Assembly (NCBI GenBank): GCA_048213135.1
Contig: PS015083.1
Location: 89,116-136,634, forward strand
Reading direction: 5' to 3'
DNA from: Reclinomonas americana ATCC 50394
Taxonomy: Eukaryota
Length of the DNA: 47,519 nucleotides
The translations under genes were made by a program, and so were the position numbers. This document shows, one piece after another, positions 1 through 11,037 of this stretch; within the stretch, counting starts at the first letter, position 1, and every line of letters begins with the position of its first letter. The notes beneath the pieces are model-generated. The model was not told where the DNA came from. It searched no databases and worked only from the letters and a program-made list of their open reading frames with translations.

Positions 1-269
1 TGGCAAGTGGTGAGTGATGGTCGCGGCGTGAGGGGCGTGGATGTGTGACGTGACTCATTTTCCCCCACGATGATACAGGCCGCTGTGGTTGAGTCCGCGC
101 CAGGTGCGCGTGGTGCCCGTGTCGGAGCGCTTCTGCGACTATGCCTTTGAGGTGCGCAACCGTGTCTTCGAGGCCGGGTTTGACGCCGAGGTGGACGACA
201 GCGACAACACTGTCAGCAAGAAGGTGCGCACGGCCCAGGTCGAGCACTGGAACTACATTCTCGGTGAGT

Positions 270-330
<61 letters not shown>

Positions 331-503
331 TTGACGAGTGCGCAGCGAGTTGCTGATTTTGTGTGGCGGTGGTAGTGGTCGGCCAGGATGAGCTGGATCA
401 CCAGACGGTGAATGTGCGCACCCGCGACAACGTCGTGCACGGCGAGTGCAAGGTGGAGGAGCTCATCGAGAGGCTCAACCACTCGCGCGACGCCTTTGAG
501 TAA
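1..503 (+). CDS. TARS: Threonyl-tRNA synthetase, 3' end (anticodon-binding domain); partial, spliced
   Basis: Removing introns 10-78 and 264-~375 (GT..AG) gives GKWPLWLSPRQVRVVPVS...[40 protein letters not shown]...; TAA at 501-503. This is the typical cytosolic ThrRS C-terminus. Confidence 0.95.
275..326 (+). repeat. (GT)n microsatellite in a ThrRS intron
   Basis: Perfect GT run visible in the sequence. Confidence 0.98.
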
Positions 504-674
504 GCGAGTTCACTCTCTCCCCACATCACAACATACCGTCGCCAGTGCGCGACGCAAACAGGCAGAAGAGTTAGAAGAGAGAGAGAGAGAGTTTCAATAA
601 AAAACAACCGAGCGACAGAGGAAAAGAAGTTGCATCGAAGGAGATTTTTCATTGAGGCAACGGCGGCGACTGCA

Positions 675-946
675 TCACTTCTTGGGCTGTGCACCGGCGC
701 TGGCCTGCTTGATCTCGATGCGACATGCGTTCTGCGGAACAGCAGCGACTGAGGGAGGTGAAGCAAAAGAGAGAGAGAGGGTGATAGAGAAGCAAAAACC
801 TGCAATGCCTCCGTGTCCACATCTGATGGGTCAATGTGCACGTACCGAATCACCGAGCCGCGGATAAAGCAGTTCTTGATGGACGCCTGTGCATAACAAC
901 ACGATCATGAATGAGTGCCGAAAGCAGACAAGGACAACTGGCATCG

Positions 947-979
<33 letters not shown>

Positions 980-1374
980 TCTTCTCTCTCCCAAGAGAAC
1001 ATGCCATGATGCATCTCTCTTCCCTCTCTTCTCCCTCTCTCCATCACACACACGCACATAACCACTGTCTCCAAGACAACTTGCCACGATGCATCCCTCT
1101 CCGCTCTCTTCTCTCTTCCCCTCACACACAAACACACGCACCAAGTGGGGGAACTTGTCGGGGTCACTGACTCGAATGTCGTCGAGCTTGAAGTTGAGGT
1201 ACTCGTCGACAGAGTTGATAAAGCCGCGAATCGTCAGCTCATTCTTCAGCTCCACTTCCACCACTTTGCCGCGCAGATTCTTGAACAAGCTGAAGAACAA
1301 CTGCGTGCGAGGAGATCAACATTGAGTGTGCAGAGTGCAAGGGAGGGCGGCCAGGAAGCACGACAGCGCACCAT
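675..1374 (-). CDS. LSM2: U6 snRNA-associated Sm-like protein LSm2 (4 exons)
   Basis: ATG-only first exon (1374-1372), then LFFSLFKNLRGKVVEVELKNELTIRGFINSVDEYLNFKLDDIRVSDPDKFPHL | ASIKNCFIRGSVIRYVHIDPSDVDTEALQ | NACRIEIKQ...KK*. All junctions are GT-AG and both Sm1 and Sm2 motifs match LSm2. Confidence 0.95.
940..1135 (-). repeat. Degenerate ~70-80 bp tandem repeat (2.5-3 copies) inside LSM2 intron 2
   Basis: The minus-strand unit gtgtgtga-(GA-rich)-gatgcatc(g/a)tggca(a/t)gtt(g/c)tcttgg occurs twice, followed by a decayed third copy. Confidence 0.6.
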
Positions 1375-1441
1375 TGTGTGTGAGAATGAATCCACGGCCC
1401 ATCTCGACCGATTGACGTCCACTCCCAAACCTCGGCAAAAG

Positions 1442-1663
1442 GTGAGCGCAGGTCGCCGCTCTTGTACGCGCGTGTGTGTGCCTGTGGTGTGCACGACTGC
1501 TCGTATCTCTGTGCATGTCATAGTGTGCATCTTTGCGCGCGTGTGCGTGTGTGGGGAGAGGGGGAAAGAGATGGCTTGCATGTCCTTTACGCTGCATGTG
1601 CATGCCGCACCTCACGCACTCCCTCACTCGGGCTTGTTGTTGTTTCCCCTTGTGGATTTGCAG
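1442..1663 (+). other. Probable 5'-UTR intron of RPL3
   Basis: AAG|gtgagc donor at 1442 and pyrimidine-rich tttgcag| acceptor at 1663, 16 nt before the RPL3 ATG. Confidence 0.55.
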
Positions 1664-1679
1664 GTTATACACACACGCT

Positions 1680-3467
1680 ATGTCGCACCGCAAGTTCTCG
1701 GCACCCCGCCACGGTGAGTGGGTCGCGCGTTTGCTGGGTGCCATGGCTCCCTCCCCCCATGTGACACTCACCGTTTTTTTTGTTCCACTTGCCAGGCTCC
1801 CTGGGCTTCCTGCCCCGCAAGCGCTGCGTGCGCCACCAGGGCAAGGGTGAGCAAGAATGTGTCCCCACGTTGATGATGGACTTGTCGTGCTCACCAGTCG
1901 TCATTTGTGTGTTACAGTCAAGTCGTTCCCCCGCGACGACGCCAAGAAGCCGTGCCACTTCACCGCCTTCATGGGCTACAAGGCTGGCATGACCCACATT
2001 GTGCGCCAGGCCAACCGCGTCGGCTCCAGTTGCGTTGCTGGCTGGCTGGCCTTGCGCGCAATGCATGACACTGACGACGTGTTTGGTGGTGTGCAGAGAT
2101 TCACGAGAAGGACGTTGTCGAGTCGGTCACCATCATTGAGTGCCCGCCGATGATTGTGGTCGGCATGGTCGGCTACGTCGAGACCCCGCGCGGCCTGCGC
2201 ACCCTGACCACGGTGTGGGCGGAGAACCTGTCCAACGAGGTCAAGCGCCGCTTCTACAAGAACTGGACGCACGCCAAGAAGAAGGCCTTCACCAAGTACG
2301 CCAAGAAGTGGGCCAGCGAGAAGAAGGAGATCGAGACCGAGATTGCTCGCATCAAGAAGTACTGCCAGGTCGTGCGCGCCCTCGCTCACACCCAGATCCA
2401 CAAGATTGGCCTGCGCCAGAAGAAGGCCCACTTGCTCGAGATCCAGGTTTGTAATCACACACACACACATGTGCGCGCGTGAAGATGGCCCCGANNNNNN
2501 NNNNNNNNNNNNNNNNNNNNNNNNNNNNNNNNNNNNNNNNNNNNNNNNNNNNNNNNNNNNNNNNNNNNNNNNNNNNNNNNNNNNNNNNNNNNNNNNNNNN
2601 NNNNNNNNNNNNNNNNNNNNNNNNNNNNNNNNNNNNNNNNNNNNNNNNNNNNNNNNNNNNNNNNNNNNNNNNNNNNNNNNNNNNNNNNNNNNNNNNNNNN
2701 NNNNNNNNNNNNNNNNNNNNNNNNNNNNNNNNNNNNNNNNNNNNNNNNNNNNNNNNNNNNNNNNNNNNNNNNNNNNNNNNNNNNNNNNNNNNNNNNNNNN
2801 NNNNNNNNNNTTCATTGTGTGTGTCGCGGTGCAGGTCAACGGTGGCACCGTCGACGACAAGGTGGCATTTGTGCGCGCTCGCTTCGAGCAGCCGATCAAC
2901 GTCAACGAGGTGTTCGAGGTCAACCAGATGATCGACACCATCTCGATCACCAAGGGCCACGGCTACACTGGTGTGACGAAGCGCTGGGGTGTGCGCCGCC
3001 TGCCGCGCAAGACCCATCGCGGTCTCCGCAAGGTCGCTTGCATTGGTGCGTGGCATCCGTCCCGCGTCATGTTCCAGGTCGCCCGTGCTGGTCAGAGCGG
3101 CTACTTCCACCGCACTGAGATCAACAAGAAGGTGTACCTGATGGGCAACGGCTCGAACCCCAAGTCTGGCACCACCGACGCCGACGTGACGGCCAAGTCG
3201 ATCAACCCGATGGGCGGCTTCCACCACTACGGCATTGTCAGCGAGGACTTCATCATGGTCCGCGGCTCTGTCGGCGGCCCGATCAAGCGCGTCATCACCC
3301 TGCGCAAGTCGCTGCTGACCCACACCTCCCGCTTCTCGCGCGAGCAGATCAAGCTCAAGTTCATCGACACGTCGAGCAAGTTCGGCCACGGCCGCTTCCA
3401 GACCGACGAGGAGAAGAGGAAGTACATGGGCCTGCTCAAGAAGGACCGCAAGGCCGAGGAGGCTTAA
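1680..3467 (+). CDS. RPL3: 60S ribosomal protein L3 (uL3), 5 coding exons; the assembly gap lies within an intron
   Basis: [49 protein letters not shown]..|..[65 protein letters not shown]; strong GC3 codon bias. Confidence 0.99.
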
Positions 3468-3745
3468 ACGCCTTTTTCGCGAGCGAACCCCAGTGCACTT
3501 GCTCTGTTGTGGCGGTGATGTCTCTGTTTGTGTTTCTTTGCGTTTTCTTCTCCCTCTCGTTTTCTTCGCCCGCCAGCAAGCCGTCGACATTATCGCCACC
3601 AGTAGCTTCCGCCACCACCACCACCTCCACCACTACTTCTGTATGCGTGTCGTGTGACCTTTTTCCTCTTTGCCGAGTACACTTCCCCACAGAACAGTGC
3701 TGGAGGTTGTGCATNNNNNNNNNNNNNNNNNNNNGTCTCTCCACA

Positions 3746-5568
3746 TCATGATTCACTTGGGGCGCGCGCAAAGGAGCTGCGGATTTGGCGCCATCTCGGC
3801 TCCTGCGACGCACTCCACCCGTGCGCCAGCAGTTGTCGCGCCTGCGGCGATGCAAAGGGGGTGAGGAGGGGAGAGTGAGAGAGAGAGGAAGGCTGGGGAG
3901 ACGTACCGCATCGGGAGATCGGGAGCACTCATCGATCTCGTCGCCAGTCAAGCGATACAGCAAGTGCGTGATCTGCACAACTGAGCATTAGCTCTCTTGT
4001 GGAGTGGAGGCAAGAAAATAAGATAAAACAGTGCACCTCGGTCGCTGAATGTAGGAACTTGCAGTCGAGCAAATGCTGGTGCGCTCGTCGGAACCGGCGG
4101 CGTCGTTGTACGAGCCGCCAGGCGGCCGTCAGTACAGTGGCGGCGACAGGAGCCTTGAAGGCCAGCCATCGCGGCAGATGCAGTTCTTGTCGTTGTAGTG
4201 CTGCAGAGGAGCTCGTCAGGCATGGAAAAACAAAGAGGCGATCACGAGACAAGCACCATCAACATCGCCGACAACCGAGAGCAGAAACGACACGGACAGC
4301 CACACCGAGTCGGTGGCGCTGGCCACCAGCGGCGACAAGAGGCGACGCCACGTGCTAGTGGAGAGAGAAAACGCAAACATCTCCTCGTACTTGTCGTCGT
4401 GCATGCGCTTATTGGCTCCGAGACGACTGCACAGAGGCGCACTGGTGGTGCGACGGCAGTGAGTCCGCGTCACGCAATAGAGGCACAGAGATGCATTAAA
4501 CACACACCGACTGGCGTGCGCGAGTTCATGCGCCAGGACTTCTGTTTGCGGCACACGACCACGGCCTGCACGAGGGAATCAGTCGACGAAGCAAAAACGA
4601 AGTCGGGAGCGATCATGCGAACCGATCTGAATGAGGCACTGGTTGACGGCCAGATCGTAACACACACCGCCCGCGAACCACGGCAAGTGACTGCCGTACA
4701 CAGACACGCCTTGTCAGCAGATGCGACGACGATGTCGACAGGCAGCGCAGTCACGAAACCGCGATGATCGAATGACCGGCACCCAGTCCACCATCACGCC
4801 AAACGTGTCGCGCACCAGCTGTCGCGCCGCCTGCATACTCTCCTCTGGCACCACCTCGACCGTCTGCTGCCACTCCTCCCACGACGACCAGAGCTTCTCC
4901 CTGTCGCCGACTCGAGATGAACAACAACAACAACAACAGCGACACAAGGATGATCGATGGATGGTACCGTTCGACAACGATCCGCTCCCAGTTCGGCACA
5001 AACTCCTCGTACAGAGCGCGCACCTGCTCCACAAAGTCGCCATCGGAGGCGCCTGGTGCTTTTTGCGTGTCGCAGATGAGCTGGCGAGAAAAGACAATGA
5101 ACGCGCGGAAACACACCTGGGAAAATGCCGTGCGCGTCCAGCAATCGCAGCTGTGCATCGCTAAACCTCTTCTCGGTCACATGATCGCCGCCAGAGCGCA
5201 CGGGAAGCGGATGCAGCTGTCGCAGCAGCCGCAGCGCGCGATCCATGCAATCATGAATGGACAGAACGAGGCCGCGAGCACCAACACGTGGCGCTTTCTG
5301 TCCCGACCTCACGCCACACAGACGCGCAAGCACACGTGTTCGTTCAAACCGCACCGACTTTGTGTCTTGTGTATTTGGCGTGTGTGTGTGGCACTCGAGT
5401 TACCCAATGGCAGCGTTGCGCTTCCTGGGCGGTCGTGCCAACAACGCGGCGTCCACGGCCATCTTACCCGTCGTGTCGGAGAGCACCGCCGCCGCACTTG
5501 CTGTCGCCGCTGCGGGTGTCGCTGGCGCAGTGCTGCCACCCGCAGTATCATCAGCACAACCGCCACCA
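3746..5568 (-). CDS. Putative membrane-associated zincin-like (HExxH) protein; 5' end lies in a gap
   Basis: Spliced reading: ..LLDAHGIFP|GASDGDFVEQVRAL..RDTFGVMVDWVPVIRSSR|HLPWFAGGVCY..CLIQI|GRGRVPQTEVLAHELAHASR|RLGANKRMHDDKYEEMFAFSLSTSTWRRLLSPL..(two hydrophobic segments)..LLYRLTGDEIDE..PRWRQIRSSF..*. HELAH is at 4516-4530. Confidence 0.75.
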
Positions 5569-6232
5569 NNNNNNNNNNNNNNNNNNNNNNNNNNNNNNNN
5601 NNNNNNNNNNNNNNNNNNNNNNNNNNNNNNNNNNNNNNNNNNNNNNNNNNNNNNNNNNNNNNNNNNNNNNNNNNNNNNNNNNNNNNNNNNNNNNNNNNNN
5701 NNNNNNNNNNNNNNNNNNNNNNNNNNNNNNNNNNNNNNNNNNNNNNNNNNNNNNNNNNNNNNNNNNNNNNNNNNNNNNNNNNNNNNNNNNNNNNNNNNNN
5801 NNNNNNNNNNNNNNNNNNNNNNNNNNNNNNNNNNNNNNNNNNNNNNNNNNNNNNNNNNNNNNNNNNNNNNNNNNNNNNNNNNNNNNNNNNNNNNNNNNNN
5901 NNNNNNNNNNNNNNNNNNNNNNNNNNNNNNNNNNNNNNNNNNNNNNNNNNNNNNNNNNNNNNNNNNNNNNNNNNNNNNNNNNNNNNNNNNNNNNNNNNNN
6001 NNNNNNNNNNNNNNNNNNNNNNNNNNNNNNNNNNNNNNNNNNNNNNNNNNNNNNNNNNNNNNNNNNNNNNNNNNNNNNNNNNNNNNNNNNNNNNNNNNNN
6101 NNNNNNNNNNNNNNNNNNNNNNNNNNNNNNNNNNNNNNNNNNNNNNNNNNNNNNNNNNNNNNNNNNNNNNNNNNNNNNNNNNNNNNNNNNNNNNNNNNNN
6201 NNNNNNNNNNNNNNNNNNNNNNNNNNNNNNNN

Positions 6233-8593
6233 NCCACTGTCATCATCATCTGCGCCATTGCCGGTACCGTCGTCGACTGGCGTGCCGCTGATGAGCGGCG
6301 ATAACAATCTCGTCAACAACAGCGTTGGCGCTGGCGGCGGCGCCGGTGGTCGCTTGTGGGACTGCTGCTGCTGCCAGTGCCGCCATAACAACATGGCGCA
6401 TCATAACAGCAGCGGCGAGTCATTATTCGACGACGACGACGATGATGATGATGGTGATGACGATGATGGAGAAGAGGTGGCTGGTCAAGGCGCAGGCGCA
6501 GGTGGGGATATGGAGTCTGGACGGCGACAGTATCGGCACTTTCGTGGACGCCAGCGTCGCTCGTCTGTGTCGCGGCGACAGCAGCAGCAGCAGCAGCAGC
6601 AGTTGAGGGGAAGAGCAGCGGGAGGCGGTAATACGTGTTGTGGATGGTCGTGCGGCATGGGTACGCGCTGCTGCTGTGGACGGAACCATGGTGCGGCGTC
6701 GTTGGCATACCAGCTGCTGACGGATGAGGTTTGCCAATGTCTTGCTCAAGCACATACACGTGGCCGTGTGATCATGTCGANNNNNNNNNNNNNNNNNNNN
6801 NNNNNNNNNNNNNNNNNNNNNNNNNNNNNNNNNNNNNNNNNNNNNNNNNNNNNNNNNNNNNNNNNNNNNNNNNNNNNNNNNNNNNNNNNNNNNNNNNNNN
6901 NNNNNNNNNNNNNNNNNNNNNNNNNNNNNNNNNNNNNNNNNNNNNNNNNNNNNNNNNNNNNNNNNNNNNNNNNNNNNNNNNNNNNNNNNNNNNNNNNNNN
7001 NNNNNNNNNNNNNNNNNNNNNNNNNNNNNNNNNNNNNNNNNNNNNNNNNNNNNTTCGTTGTGCGTTTCTCTCTCTGTATAAACAGGAGCCGACGACGAGT
7101 TCCACGGCGTGCTGTGTGTCGGGCGGTGCGGCTCCCGCGGCGCCGTTGTTGCCGCTCCCAGTGACCACAAATTCGTTGTCGTCGGCGTCGGCGGCGGCCA
7201 GCTGTTGTCGTCCTGGTGGCGGCGGCGGTGGATCCACCACGCGACGGAATAGACCTGGCGGCCGGCGCATTCGTTTCGCCATTGTCGCTGTGCTCATCAT
7301 CTTGCTGGCGGCCACCGCCGTGCTGCTCTTCTTCACCTCCAATGCACATTTGGGCATGCGACAGCGCTTTGCGCTGGGGGCGCCCATGCGACTGAGCTCG
7401 TCGTCGGCCGGTCCCATGCGCAGTCTGGAGGACAAGTTCTCGGCGCTGCGAGTTGCGCACTACTCTCTTGTTGTGGTGATGGTGACGGTGGCGTGGATGT
7501 CTAATAACACCTCATCGCACAGCAATCCGCCGAGGCCACCATCGATGCCGTGTGTCGAGCCGCGCACTGTCGTCGCAGAAAGTCGTTGCCTGTTGCCACT
7601 ACCGTCCCCACGTCGTCGTCGTCGTCGTCGCCCACGGGTGCGACCGGCGGTGCATTGTCAATAGTGCCGTCGCCACCGTCAATGCCGACGGCGACTGTCG
7701 AGTCCGACGCTGTGGTGGAGGGCAGCAAAGAGGCCNNNNNNNNNNNNNNNNNNNNNNNNNNNNNNNNNNNNNNNNNNNNNNNNNNNNNNNNNNNNNNNNN
7801 NNNNNNNNNNNNNNNNNNNNNNNNNNNNNNNNNNNNNNNNNNNNNNNNNNNNNNNNNNNNNNNNNNNNNNNNNNNNNNNNNNNNNNNNNNNNNNNNNNNN
7901 NNNNNNNNNNNNNNNNNNNNNNNNNNNNNNNNNNNNNNNNNNNNNNNNNNNNNNNNNNNNNNNNNNNNNNNNNNNNNNNNNNCGAAACTGCGGATGATGT
8001 CCGACAGAGAGCGGCGCACAGCTGAAAGTGCGAGTGCAGCTTGTTTGAGACGGCCGACATTTGGGCTGAGCCCAGCATGCGTGCCTCGGCCTGCACTTCG
8101 TGTGGACCTGTGCAACACAGAAGCACGGTGAGTGAATGAATCATCTCTTCTCGCCGCGCATCCACGACAACAACAACATTACCATGGTGACCGTGCGCCG
8201 CCAAGTGCGTCACTGTGCAGCAGCTGATGCACGACTCGAGAAAGTCGCAACACCGCATGTCGCCAACTGTGGCTCCACAAAAGGCATTGCAGCGTGGCGC
8301 CTCCACTTGCTCCCGGACACGACAGCACATGTTCTGTACGTCGACCTCGTTGCGCTCGCACAGAGCACCTGTGCTGTCCACGCTCCACATTGGGCTCACG
8401 TGCAAGCTCTCCTCACACACTCCTCGGTTCCGTTCNNNNNNNNNNNNNNNNNNNNTCAATGATACTGTCGTGTGCTGTTGATGACAGTGATACGCACGAA
8501 ACTAACTTGGTGGTCGTGTCGCAGAGCGTGCAAAACGAGAATCGATACAAGTCAGCGCAGCACTTTTGCTACCGACAGGCCGCCGCATCATAG
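6233..8593 (+). CDS. SPRING1/C12orf49 (UPF0454)-like type II membrane protein; its Cys-rich exons lie on an inverted contig (7983-8435)
   Basis: + strand TM anchor RRIRFAIVAVLIILLAATAVLLFF. The inverted contig encodes CEES..VDSTGALCERNEVDVQNMCC..CCDFLESCISCC..FQLCAALCRTSSA. The final + exon reads SVQNENRYKSAQHFCY..*. Together these reproduce the family C-terminal motif CRTSSxSVxxENxY..xC. Confidence 0.8.
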
Positions 8594-8682
8594 AGACAGT
8601 GATGGAGCAGTGAAAAAAAGACAAAAAACAATCAATCAGCAGAATTCTCGCAACATTCATGTTTATTTCTTGCCGCCAGTCG

Positions 8683-10659
8683 CTACGAGCAGTGCCCCTC
8701 ATCCTGCGGGGCGGAGGGTCTACGCTGGTGGCTGCCGCTGGCAGGTTCGGCGCGGAACACAACGTTTCGCAAGTGGTCGGCTCGAGGTACGCGCGCCAAG
8801 GTGGGTATGTAGCTCTTGCGACGGTACAGCAATGCCGAGGTGGTCGAAGGTGCGGCCGGCGAAGTGACCTGCGGTTTCGGTGGCGACACGGCGTCCGCAG
8901 GATTCGCGGGAGGCACACCGCCACCAGCTGGTGCCGCCGCCGACGCCAGTGGACTCAAAACCACCGCGCCCGTGGTTGCAGCCGTCGAGGACGACAGCGG
9001 TGACATGGCGCTCGACGCTGGCGACATGTCCTCGTCGCTGCGGCCGACTCCGTCGGCTGTTGCCGCCATGGCCGCCGTGGAGAGCAAATCCGGCGCGCCT
9101 TTGACGGACTTCATGAGGTTTTCTCGCCGCAGCTGACTGCGATACTTTTGAAGGTGCGACTTTACGTGCTCGTTGGTGATGCCCTCAATGTCGGCCATCA
9201 GCGAGCAAATGGACTTGGGCCCGATCTCTGTCGACCACGCCCCACGTCAGTCAGTGACTGGCAGGGAGCAGATACACACACGCACGCAACTCGACGCCGG
9301 CAGCGATTCGTACGCCTGCACAAAGCGGTCGTGCAGCTCCGGTGTCCACGAGAAGCGATCGCGTCGCCCGTCGTTCCTGCTCGGTGTGCTCTTCCTGCGT
9401 CTGCGTGGTTGCACCGCAATGTGAGTCGTCAAGCTGGAGAGAACAAGGGAGAGAGAGAGACACGCAACGATCGCGGAGCGCTGCGGACGGCCACCGATGC
9501 TTTCCGTCGCGCGGCCTTGCGCGGAGGTGCGCGACCCCATTCACCATCGTCGTCATCCTCTTCCTCCTCCACCACCGCATCCTCGCCGTCGTCTCGATCG
9601 GCATCGCTTCTCCGTCGTCGCCGCCGCCGTTGCACGGCAGGCGCCTCGTACCCCGAATCACCATCGTCATCATGGCCAGCCGCCTCCGCCTCCGCCTCCT
9701 CCTCCTCCTCCCCATCGCCCTCGTCGTCCACGTCGTGAATGCTCTGCACCTCCTCCTCCTCCTCCGCCTCCTTCTCCGCCTCCTCCTGCACCATCGCCAT
9801 CACCTCCTCGCGCTGTCCATGGCCACCGTCCACTTTCCTCCTCGCCTCCTCGTGCACCACTTGCGGCGGCGTCACATACGACGCAATGCCACCGTGCTCA
9901 TACCGGATCCCTGACGAATGCGCGTCCGCAGCCAAGGTCAGCGGCGTCGGCTGCTGCATCAGCAGCTGTGCCGGCCACGAAGGCGACGGATGCATTCCCA
10001 CGGGCTTGTACGACATTTGGGCAGCTCTACACGCGGTGTGAGACACTCGCTCGGAACATCTGACACAGCGCGAGACACGCAACTGTAACTGTGACAGCGG
10101 TGTCGTTGTTGTTGTTGTCGTCGTCGTCGTTGATGCTGTGGCTATTGATGATGATGGCATGGGCAGTGGTGGTGGTGGTGGTGCCACCACGGGAGGCAAC
10201 CACGTCTGTGTGTACTGCATGTGTTGCTGATAGGGGTCACACGAGAGCGCATAGGCTGATGGCACTGACACAGTGGCAGCTGGATGTGGGGGTGGAGGTG
10301 GATGAGGCAGCAGTAGTGGTGGTGGAGCTGCTGGGGCAGAGGCAGGCGCGGCTGCGTAGTGCATCACGTAGGAAGCCGAAGTGTCCGACTGTGTGTGTGC
10401 GTGCATTATGTAAGATTCATATACGTTGTTTCAAGCACACTCGCGCGTTCGCGTGTCTGCGTGTGTGGGAGCAAGAGTGGGATGCAGTGTGCGTGTACGC
10501 GCGCGCAACTGAGGGCATCGGCAGCGGCATCTGCTGCTGTTGTTGTTGTGGTTGTTGCTGTGGGAGACCAAGTGGCAGCATGTGTTGCATGTACAGTGGC
10601 AGCGAAAGCTGATTGCCGCCACCGTTGCCATCGTGCATGTGATCCAACAGCGGATTCAT
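8683..10659 (-). CDS. GARP/G2-like Myb (SHAQKYF class) transcription factor
   Basis: RRDRFSWTPELHDRFVQAYESLPAS|KIGPKSICSLMADIEGITNEHVKSHLQKYRSQLR (about 9365-9125), preceded by Q/P-rich and acidic low-complexity regions. Confidence 0.9.
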
Positions 10660-11037
10660 CGTTGTGAGATCACACAGTGTGTCTCTCTGCTCTCAAGAGG
10701 TGTGAGACTTTTTCGACGACGAATGCATAAGTTCCCGAACAATCGTGTCCGACTGACTGCCGACGTGCGACGTGACTGTGCTTTTGTTGCTGCTCTCTCC
10801 TGGCTGTGCAGGATAACAGTAGCGCAAAGGGTAGATAACCACAGCTGCGCGGAGGGTATCACGTCGATCGCATTCATGGCGGTCCCACTGTCCTCATCGA
10901 AACTCACGGCTTAGCTGTAGGCGCCGATTGCCGCTGACCTCTCCTCAAGGTACGCACTCATTCGACGCCAACACGCTGCAGACGAGAGCGAGCTTCTCCA
11001 CAGAGTCGCTTATTTGGGTTTGCTCATGCAGTTGTCC

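Noticed and set aside
1847-2096. Possible C/D snoRNAs in RPL3 introns (TGATGA at about 1871; CTGA at about 2071)
   Set aside because: The introns are only about 70 nt, the two boxes fall in different introns, and CTGAC is better explained as the branch point.
2352-3599. 415 aa ORF antisense to RPL3, and other ORFs spanning N runs
   Set aside because: Antisense shadow produced by codon bias; lengths are inflated by assembly gaps.
5407-5568. Plus-strand ORF start MAALRFLGG..
   Set aside because: The minus strand has an open frame ending at a GT donor that is in phase with the next exon of the HExxH gene, which explains the segment better.
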